From positions 1-17,159 of the forward strand of contig CBFFRP010000557.1 of NCBI GenBank assembly GCA_965644295.1: a stretch of DNA of 17,159 nucleotides, read 5' to 3'. The position numbers and the translations under genes were made by a program. Numbering within the stretch: the stretch's first letter is position 1; each line of letters opens with the position of its first letter. The notes beneath the pieces are model-generated. The model was not told the DNA's origin. It ran no database searches and was given only the letters and a program-made list of their open reading frames with translations. This DNA comes from Paraphysomonas bandaiensis (lineage: Eukaryota > Protista > Chrysophyceae). This document shows, one piece after another, positions 1 through 8,104 of this stretch.

Positions 1-362
1 GAGGTTGGCTGTCATTGGAGTGAAAGCTTGGTTTGATAGTATACTGCTGTATATTGCACTATACTGTGGATGTATAGTATACAGGATATATACAGTGTAG
101 ACAGCCAGCTACAGTAGGGTAACGGTATACCATTATACGGTGTATGATGACAATACGGTGTAGGATATGTACAGTCCAATATGTACAGTGGATTAGTATA
201 GTGTAAGGGCATATATATGTCCAAAGTGTAAGCTGTAGGTGTAGTCTGTGATAGAAGACAGATTAGAATGCTAGTCATTATTATCACAGATAACCTCTGA
301 TAAAACAAGTTAATAACACTATCGTTTACTATCAACTTGTGGCTTGTTATTGCCTTACAACA
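1..362 (+). repeat. 5' LTR of copia A (left boundary uncertain, may start at TGT 10 or before the window)
   Basis: Non-coding AT-rich segment ending ...TACAACA at 362 (canonical CAACA end), 35 nt upstream of the gag ATG. Internal short repeats ATACGGTGTA (135-144, 153-162) and ATATGTACAGT (165-175, 179-189). No second copy in the window to confirm. Confidence 0.6.
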
Positions 363-391
363 TTAACTTGTTCTCGAGAGTAAGTTATCTG
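362..391 (+). promoter_or_regulatory. Primer-binding-site position / leader, complementary to LTR 287-314
   Basis: Directly follows CAACA. ATTAACTTGTT (362-372) is the exact reverse complement of AACAAGTTAAT (304-314), and GTTATCTG (384-391) of CAGATAAC (287-294). No TGG start. Confidence 0.5.
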
Positions 392-396
392 AAATA

Positions 397-2241
397 ATGT
401 CGATTAATCAGTATGGATATGATGAGCATCAGCGTTATGATGGAGTTAAGAAATACTACTTTGCCTTTGAGGAGGCCGTGGAGCGAGAATTGAAGAGGGC
501 TTGTTTGATATGGGTGATGGAAGACAAGCGTAAAGAGCCTTTTGCTCCTGTGGATATTTTAGAGCGTGCAGCAAATGGAGAACAGCTTTCATTTGTAGAA
601 TTAAGGGTCATCTCTGATTATCAGAAGAGTATGGCAGAGTACGATGATAAATGTACAAAGGCACTTGATTTGTATATAGAAAGATTGGGGCAAAATCCAA
701 TTTCTAGGTTGGATGAAATTCTACAGGACAATGATACAAATGATCGTCAAAAATTACAGAGATGTCGTGTGGAAATGAGAAAAGCATATGGGACTACCTC
801 AGAACAAGCTGTATCAGAAATATTAGAAGATATACATAGGATTCCAAAGGCAAAAGATGGTCCATCTGCAAAGCATGTTATGTCTTCTTTAAGTTTGTTG
901 AATAAGATTCTCAGGAAAATGGGTAAACCATTATCAGATAGTCAACTTAAGGGTAAGCTATTTGAGAAATTACGGGGTACTATGTTTTCCTCGGTGATTG
1001 TTGATATTGATAAGAATGAGGAGATGTCGTATGCGTTGGCGTGTGATGAAGTGAATAGAGTTATTCAGTTACAAGATAAATGTTCGGATTCCGACAATGA
1101 TTCCTTATTACAGCTTGGTTCAAATTCTGTGGATTCGTCATCTTTGCTGTCGAACTCTATGCAACAAAAGGCAGGTAAAAATCATCCTCCTGCGTACGTT
1201 TTTCCTGGTGCTTCAGGTGCTCCCCCCCGGAGGAGTTCTGTGAATTCTTTGACTGAAGTTGGAATATGTGAGTCATTTGTGGCTCAAGCTCAGACGCGTA
1301 CTCCAGAGTCATCTCAAATTAAGTGTAGAAATTGTTCACAGTTGCATGCGCTTTATGAATGTTCAGCGACTCATTGTTATAAGTGTCGGAGATGGTGGCC
1401 TTCGAAGAGGGATTCTACATATCACAATTTTTATGAATGTCCGGTGGTTTCTCGTACTCATCAAACGCAGAAGTCTGTTGTCGTGCCAGCTCAAGGAACT
1501 AAACGTGTACGATGGGATGACCGCACAGTTGCTGCCAAGAGTGGCACTCGAACATGGAATCGTGAGAAGAAGTCAGGACAGTTGTTCCAGCAGCCGGTAC
1601 AACAAAGGAAAGTTTCAGCTGTGTCTACTACGGGTGAGATGGGTGCAGTTGCAAATGAATTTTTGGAATATACTCCTGATCAATGGGATGCTTATCTGGA
1701 GAGTAATTGTGATTATTGTGAATATGAGCAACACAGTGATAGTGATCAACAAGTAGAGTATCAACAGAATGTTATTCAAAAATGTGTTGACAATGATCAT
1801 AAGGGACAAAGTAATAAATGGAAAGAAGCATGTATGGCTCTAGTGGATTCAGGTGCAAATATCAGTACTACTCCTCCAATTGTTGCTGCGGTGTTGAAAA
1901 TGAAAGTATATAAGTGGGACGTTCCAATTTCAGTGACGTTTGGAAATAAGACTTCGACAATGTCAAAGTTTTATGTGATATTTAAAGGAATCCTTGGCAA
2001 AGTGGCAATTGTAGAATCCTGCAGTAGTACGATATTAAGTGTTCCAGCGTTGAATTTGAAGGGTTTTGATGTACTATTGAGTAAGAGTTTGGAATGTTTC
2101 TGCTGGGATCAGCACGGTAATTTAGTTGTTAGACAACCATTGCATAAGGTGCATCAGCTATATTATGTTGATATTAGGACGTTAATTGAGGGTGAATGGG
2201 ACATTCCGGAAGGAAGGATAGGTGATGATGGAAATGTATGA
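397..2241 (+). CDS. gag-pol: Copia Gag-protease polyprotein (N-terminal part of gag-pol)
   Basis: 614-aa ORF with helical gag region, zinc knuckles CRNCSQLHALYEC (1324-1362) and CYKC-x12-HNFYEC (1375-1440), and aspartic protease motif ALVDSGANIS (DSGA 1846-1857). Ends in a single TGA, and the same frame continues open. Confidence 0.85.
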   Translation: MSINQYGYDEHQRYDGVKKYYFAFEEAVERELKRACLIWVMEDKRKEPFAPVDILERAANGEQLSFVELRVISDYQKSMAEYDDKCTKALDLYIERLGQNPISRLDEILQDNDTNDRQKLQRCRVEMRKAYGTTSEQAVSEILEDIHRIPKAKDGPSAKHVMSSLSLLNKILRKMGKPLSDSQLKGKLFEKLRGTMFSSVIVDIDKNEEMSYALACDEVNRVIQLQDKCSDSDNDSLLQLGSNSVDSSSLLSNSMQQKAGKNHPPAYVFPGASGAPPRRSSVNSLTEVGICESFVAQAQTRTPESSQIKCRNCSQLHALYECSATHCYKCRRWWPSKRDSTYHNFYECPVVSRTHQTQKSVVVPAQGTKRVRWDDRTVAAKSGTRTWNREKKSGQLFQQPVQQRKVSAVSTTGEMGAVANEFLEYTPDQWDAYLESNCDYCEYEQHSDSDQQVEYQQNVIQKCVDNDHKGQSNKWKEACMALVDSGANISTTPPIVAAVLKMKVYKWDVPISVTFGNKTSTMSKFYVIFKGILGKVAIVESCSSTILSVPALNLKGFDVLLSKSLECFCWDQHGNLVVRQPLHKVHQLYYVDIRTLIEGEWDIPEGRIGDDGNV

Positions 2242-2887
2242 GGGGCTGGCAAAGGAAATTTTTCTGTGGATTTCCTGGAGCCTCTTTCAGATATAGTGGA
2301 TATAGGCGTGATTACAGCTGTTCATCGTCGTGGTGTGCGACGAGGTGAAATTGATGAAGTTGTTCAACTACACACTCGACTTCATCATGCGGCCCCGTCG
2401 GCAGTGATGGTAAAGGCAATCAAGAATGGAGCGTGGCCGGGTGTACAAGTAAATCCTTCGGTGATAGAACAGGTGTATTTGCATCAGGATTGTTTGGCGT
2501 GTTTAATGGGGAAAACTAATCGTTTATCTCGCCGGTTTGGTTCGGGAATTCATCCTGTGGCAGTGGGTCATACAATTGCTATGGATTTCAAACCAGTGAA
2601 TCCTGTGGGTATTGGTGGTTGGATTGGTTTTTATATGGGTGTTGAGACGACGAAAGGATATAAATGGGCATCCTTGGTCAAAGAACATACTTCAGGATCT
2701 TTGCTGGCAGCAGTGGTGTCAATACGTGCATTTTTAAAGGGTTATGGTCATGAAGTTAGAGTACTTCGTCTAGATGCGGGTATTGTGGAAAAGGCAGAGA
2801 GTTTGAGATTGAATTTAAATGAACTCGGAATTGTAGTAGAGCCGGCAGCCCCGGAAGCACAGTTTCAAGATCCAGCGGAGAGATCAA
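2242..2887 (+). pseudogene. Copia integrase, C-terminally truncated
   Basis: Same frame as gag-PR. HHCC region LHTRLHH...CLACLMGK and catalytic D (2584, AMDFK), D (2773, RLDAG), E (2878, QFQDPAERS) with 34 residues between the second D and E. Ends at the LINE junction. Confidence 0.82.
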
Positions 2888-5705
2888 ATGTGAAACTCTG
2901 CACCTTCTGGGACTTTCAAAAGGCCTTCGACTCCATCGTACCCAATCTTCTCAAATTAGCATGGGCAAGACTTGGTGTCCCCGATGACACGATCAAATGG
3001 CTAAGCGACCTCGACGATGGGGGTCGCACCTTCATCTGGACCCCACACATGGCCGACAACATCGATCCCCGATCACTCGAAGAACTGCTTGGCTCAGATG
3101 GCTCCTTTATCCAGCACCCTGACATGGGATTCTCCGCGGAGAGAGGGGTCACACAAGGTGGAACTGAATCCACAGTTGCATGGATCGTCATCTTTGACAT
3201 GATCCTATGCTGGTCTGACCTACATGATGATAGCCAAGATGAGGCGTACGCAGATGACCTCTCCCAAATCACAACTTCCATTGAGGCCACTCAGCTCAAG
3301 GCCGACAAACTCTCATCCTTCTGCGCCTTCTCCGGAATGCAACTAAACATCCCCAAAACTGAATGCATTGCCCTGGGAGCCCCATTTGCGGTGACGGCCA
3401 TGTTAGAATCAAACCCACACATCATCATAAGAGACTGGAACTGGTGCCCACACCCCATCCCCATCCGAACAACCACCAATTCCACCAAGTATCTCGGCGT
3501 ACAACTTCCATTCTCAGTAAAGGACACCGACTCCCACAGCTGGTGCACCACCTACATAGCCACATCCACGGCAGTTCTACGATCCAAATGCGCGACACCT
3601 GACTGCAAGCTACTCGTCCTCAACACACAAATACTCCCGACCCTACTATACAAGGCCACCAAAGCATCCTGGACATACGCTAAATACATCGCCATAGACA
3701 AACTACTCGCGCAGGCCGCTAGGAAAATACTCCGTCTCCCCCTGGATATCCCACGGATCTTATCTACCTTCCCCCGAAATACAAAGGGCTTGGACTGCGC
3801 AAATTTTCAACCCACGCCCAGACTCAGAAATGGCATACTCTTCAACGAGCTCTCACACTCGGAGGACAGCCCAAGAGTGCGGCCATATCGCTCTTGCAAC
3901 GCTACGAGCACCCCCCCCAGGACGTTGACACGTACATCACCAGTCTGGTACAATGGGGGCAACAACTAGGCATCAGAATACAACCTCCCTCCCCAGCTAC
4001 GCCACAATTCCGAGCTACCATTGACAAAGTCCAATCACAGCTACAACTGTACAATGATCACAAATATGCTTACAAAGCCATCTTCACGGATGGATCCTTC
4101 ACACGCACACACCTCTCCCCTGCTCACCTACTCGGCAACACCCACACACAGCCCAATTCTCACGACGGAGGAGCTGCAATTGTATGGCTCCCGCCCAAGA
4201 ACACCTGGGGTCACAGACAAACCAAAATCCTACAACTTACGGCACCACAGTACACAGCGCCTGGCCTCAACGCATACACCTACGAAACCCTTGCAATGTC
4301 AGCAGCACTGACATTCTCCAATGTACTCCACTCTTCCGTGCCAATCTGGACTGACTGCCAGGCGGTACAGACGCGGACCAAAGAGGCCCTCTCACACAGA
4401 CGGCGCGCCCTCGGAACAAAGCCCCAGGGAATATTTTACGAATGCCTCGCCACCACAGCTCTTAAACAGCGCCCAATACAATGGACGCGTTCGCACCCCG
4501 AACGTAGAACACAAGATCAAAGCAACTGGACCTATACTGACCACGGCATTTATATAGCTGACGCCGCCGCCAGCGGCGACTGGAAGACACTAGACAAAGT
4601 GCTCGGAGCCTCCAACTACAGTGTTGTCACAACAGACGCTACGCACATACTGGAAGAATTCTTCACCACGGGTCAATGGCACTGGCGTAGATACGATACA
4701 CACCTCCTCACAGACCTCGGTCCTATGCTAGGAGACGTTACAGATCTCCACCACCAGTGGGACCTCCATCACTACACCCTCCGACGAAATAGCATGTATG
4801 CTGCACAAACGCAACGAGACCCGCAGTATTGGACACGCAGCGGAACAAGGCTCCCACACAAGCTCCATCCCCTCCGTACCCATAACTCCTCCAAACACTA
4901 CATCCCCCTCGCAGAGCGTATACGCGAGACGGCATACGTATGGGACAAATCCTTTGCAATGGGTAGAAACCGAGCCAAAGGAAAATCCGGACACGATCGC
5001 ACAACGGCTTCCACATGCGCAGACTGTGCACACCCCACAGACAACATGGCGCACATGCTTCTCACCTGCACTCACCCTGACATCATTCACATACGTGAAG
5101 ATGTCCACCAAGCACACCACAATATGCTTGACAAACTTCGCACACGCACGCTCCCCCATCCCTGGTTTTACACCGCCATAACCAAACTAGCCAAAGCCGC
5201 ATGGAACCCAGCCACCCCCCAGGTTGAGCGCTACTGGACCGGCCACATTACTGCCACACAAATGGCCGACGCATTCGGACGCCACATATCCAGCTCATTG
5301 CTCGAACATCAATTCCACGCCCTAGATGATGGAGGGCTCCGCATGCTTCGCAATAGGGGACACAGACACCACAACGTAGACACGGCACCGGCGACACCGG
5401 TTCCGACACACGCAAAGCCCCGCCAGCCCCAGGATACCCACCCGACACCAAAAGTACTCCAGCTACTCCAGGCGACATCCACCCCACGAACTACACTCTC
5501 TGCAAGAGCCCAGACCCGACAGAGGCAAGCGCAACCACTCCAGAAACAACTTCTCCTTACTTGTAGCCGAAACCCCACCTCAACAACCAGCACCATCTCC
5601 ACCACCGACTTGCACTCTCATATACAACTCGCCTCACCCACCCCCCACATAATCCATGGCACAGGCCCGCCAGACACATTGCCCAAAGGTAGACCCCCCG
5701 ACTAA
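2888..5705 (+). pseudogene. LINE ORF2 fragment: RT (from motif 3), RNase H, CCHC finger; one frameshift
   Basis: WDFQKAFD (~2908-2931), RGVTQG, YADD (3247-3258), KYLG. Adding one C to the C5 run at 3738-3742 gives RLPPGYPTDLIYLPPKYKGLGL and joins the 3894..5705 frame. RNase H motifs IFTDGS, YETLA, WTDCQ, WTRSHP, IADAAA (~4077-4572). Finger CADC-x8-H-x4-C (~5016-5069). Ends PKGRPPD*. Confidence 0.88.
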
Positions 5706-5716
5706 CCTCACTACAA

Positions 5717-5871
5717 GGGACGGTTGCACCATGGTGCTCGCAGCGATGCACAAGCAGTCCCGAGACGGTTGCCCACCACTAGTAGTATATAGCAAATCTA
5801 GTTCTTAGCTAGTCTATAGACATAAACTAGTTTCTGTACGCAACCGTACTCATGTAATAATCAGACTTTCA
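5717..5871 (+). other. Conserved structured 3' UTR element of LINE copy 1
   Basis: Core 5722-5757 matches 16976-17012 at 32 of 37 aligned positions. Closing stem GGGAC/GTCCC, second stem ACGGTTGC (5765-5772)/GCAACCGT (5840-5847), terminal motif AATAATCAGACTTTCA (5856-5871). Confidence 0.65.
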
Positions 5872-6490
5872 TATATGGGGGTTTAAAGGCTTGTCCTTGT
5901 CTCCCCCTTGTTTTTTTTGCTAGCTTGAAATCGTGGACGCTTTTTCTTATGGACAATCTTACGATGAACAGCTCTATGCAACTCACTGTATTAAAAATAC
6001 ACCACTCTTTCATTTGATGCTTATCTATTACACTATTTTGTTCATCTATCTACCAAACTGGTTCTGACTCTTGAACGCCTTTGCTATAAACAGTAAACAG
6101 ATATTCGCTACTAAGTTTCGCTCACTACGATGTCGACATATTAATGTGTTTAAACTGTTTAAACCAGTATTCCCTTTAGGGGTAGTTTAACTCGAGCATA
6201 CTTTACAAATGTAGTTTTCAAGTTTTACTGAATAAAAATATATCGCAAAAGGACACTACTATTACGAAAGGTTCCATATTTCGCCATAGTGTGGAAAGAT
6301 GAAAGTAACAATAACGACATGCAGTGGGTTGAACTTATTAACTTAAAACACAACAAGGAACCAGAATAGTCTTAACGCCATTATTGTGGAATAAGCGTAA
6401 AACTGTTATCCATGACCCTGTAATCTAGCCGCTAATAATAGACTTACATATCCTATAAGAATGGACTGATACTTCCTGACAGACTCTAGC

Positions 6491-7555
6491 CTACAAATTC
6501 TTTGCCATGAATCCTAAGTAAACTGTCCGGATTGAGGTTGGATCAGCTCTGTAACCTAATAAATTACCAGATTCGTCAACCCACCGTTCTAACGTGAACG
6601 AAACTAAGCCTGAATTTGCCATTTTCTTGGATTTAGCGGGATGGTCGGAGCTGTGAGGGAGATAGGTTTGAAAATAATACTTGAACCACAGTGAATGCCC
6701 CCCGACAATAATCGTCGATTCATCCCTCTTAAATGCCCAGTCATTGAATGCCTTCAAGCGCTTACCTCCATTAAAGTAGGAGGTCTTGTTACCTAGGTTC
6801 TCGGTCACATCATATACCTCTTCCACTTTGAAGTCTGTCGGATCATTGAGGTGGTCAGCTATGCGGTGGAGATCAGGAATCGTACCACGGGAGGCAAGGG
6901 CTTTGGTGTCAATGTTTCGGCTAATCTCCTGGAGGTTAGACAAGATATGAATCTTTTCACGAGTGCGCTGCAAGCGGGGCCAGAGAGCGACTGTTGTCGT
7001 TGCAATGGCACGACGCAAGTTAGAAGCTACGATGACAGAGCTATCTGCAGAACCGTTGATGACACTGTGAAGATGCTTGAGCTCTTCAGAGTCAGTAGGA
7101 TCACATGCAGCAGGTCGGCACTCCAGATACTTACTGAGATCCTTAGCCTGGGCAAACCCGTCGTCATTCAGGGCGGAATCAAGAAATACCGAGTCCATCG
7201 TCACCATGAGCAAAGTCTCTCGAATCATCGCTTTTACAAGCCGTACGATCATGGATAGCCCGAAACCCTTGTTGAATATATCATTCCACTCTGATTCTCC
7301 ATGTCTCATAAATATAACTGTCCGTGTAGACTTGACGGCGTTCGGAGTATTGACCAACACGTCGGGATCAGGATTATACTTAGGACCCAACTTCTTGTTG
7401 TCTTTCGAAGTAACCATAAAGTAAATACCTTCAATGTATAGTAGCGTTTTACTTATGATATTTTTTGCTAGAATATTCTCCGATGATCTTGAGGAATATA
7501 TCCAAAAAACAACCGCTAATAGGACAGTTCCGATCTTTACACCCTCTAAAATCAT
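6491..7555 (-). CDS. Histidine phosphatase superfamily (phosphoglycerate-mutase-like) protein with N-terminal hydrophobic anchor
   Basis: Intact 354-aa ORF with signature motifs in order: VIFMRHGESEWN, ASNLRRAIAT, LQEIS, IIVGGHS. N-terminal hydrophobic stretch IGTVLLAVVFWIY. Substrate cannot be assigned. Confidence 0.85.
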   Translation of the reverse strand: MILEGVKIGTVLLAVVFWIYSSRSSENILAKNIISKTLLYIEGIYFMVTSKDNKKLGPKYNPDPDVLVNTPNAVKSTRTVIFMRHGESEWNDIFNKGFGLSMIVRLVKAMIRETLLMVTMDSVFLDSALNDDGFAQAKDLSKYLECRPAACDPTDSEELKHLHSVINGSADSSVIVASNLRRAIATTTVALWPRLQRTREKIHILSNLQEISRNIDTKALASRGTIPDLHRIADHLNDPTDFKVEEVYDVTENLGNKTSYFNGGKRLKAFNDWAFKRDESTIIVGGHSLWFKYYFQTYLPHSSDHPAKSKKMANSGLVSFTLERWVDESGNLLGYRADPTSIRTVYLGFMAKNL

Positions 7556-7866
7556 ACTTGATTCGATGAAATGATGATTAGAACACCTAAAAATATCAAA
7601 ACTATGAGCGGTAACAAATAAACCCGTTGTGGCTGTCTAAATCCTCTAGTGAGAGTGCGCTTACAGGACTACTCTGTATAGTTGACAAAATATTTATTTT
7701 CGTATCAATGTAGGGTTACTCTGTAGTATGTTCTTTCGTACCTTGCACTAGCAAGCAGAACCACATCTTTGATTTCTAGAGTATAGAAACCTCAATTTTC
7801 TAGAGCACATCATAATTATAATTTATATTACATTAAATTGAAAGGATAGTCAACTCGAATTATCGT

Positions 7867-7938
7867 GGTCTTATAGTGTAGTGGTTATCACTCCAGACTT
7901 TGAATCTGGCACCCTGGGTTCGAATCCCAGTAAGACCA
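7867..7938 (+). tRNA. tRNA-Gln (anticodon TTG)
   Basis: 72-nt cloverleaf: acceptor GGTCTTA/TAAGACC, D arm GTG..CAC, anticodon arm CCAGA-CTTTGAA-TCTGG (TTG at 7900-7902), T arm CTGGG-TTCGAAT-CCCAG. No encoded CCA and no intron. Confidence 0.97.
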
Positions 7939-7954
7939 TATCTACCTCTTGTTC

Positions 7955-7961
7955 TTTTTTT
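7955..7961 (+). terminator. RNA polymerase III oligo-T terminator
   Basis: T7 run 17 nt downstream of the tRNA. Confidence 0.7.
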
Positions 7962-8104
7962 GTTTCTCCCATGATTTTTTTTGAAAATTACTCGTCATTT
8001 TTGTCACATACGATAGATAATAATATTTAAAAAGTTGAATCCCTGATAACTATGTCATTGTTTAGATACACATGAGGTGAATACCAATAGATTGCAAACT
8101 AGCT

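Larger units (their letters stand above)
1..2887 (+). mobile_element. Ty1/copia LTR retrotransposon A, 3'-truncated (LTR-gag-PR-IN; no copia RT/RNase H or 3' LTR seen)
   Basis: Domain order gag zinc knuckles, protease DSGA, HHCC plus DDE integrase is the copia order. G/T-rich sense strand switches abruptly to C/A-rich LINE sequence at about 2880-2890. Junction approximate. Confidence 0.88.
2888..5871 (+). mobile_element. Non-LTR (LINE-like) retrotransposon with RNase H, copy 1, 5'-truncated
   Basis: RT, RNase H and CCHC domains followed by a 3' UTR homologous to copy 2. C/A-rich sense strand. 3' end may extend to about 5918. No poly(A) tail or target-site duplication seen. Confidence 0.88.

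Noticed and set aside
135-189. Spaced short direct repeats resembling a CRISPR-like array
   Set aside because: Only two pairs of 10-11 nt repeats within an LTR, in a eukaryotic context with no cas genes.
363-380. The local tRNA-Gln as primer for copia A
   Set aside because: It would require a PBS of TGGTGGTCTTAC, which is not present.
2266-3969. The 567-aa ORF as a single genuine gene
   Set aside because: It is a composite of copia integrase, LINE RT and an out-of-frame tail after 3742. The start is a GTG in the continuing gag-pol frame.
4021-5751. Many short antisense and alternative-frame ORFs in the LINEs and host genes
   Set aside because: Shadow ORFs arising from compositional bias, with no domain motifs.
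5910-6100. Possible splice acceptor (T run plus CTAG) and remnant exon
   Set aside because: Only short frames with no recognisable motif and no upstream exon.
6148-6181. Tandem GTTTAAAC palindromes and one TTTAGGG telomere-like unit
   Set aside because: Short words in AT-rich intergenic DNA, with no array.
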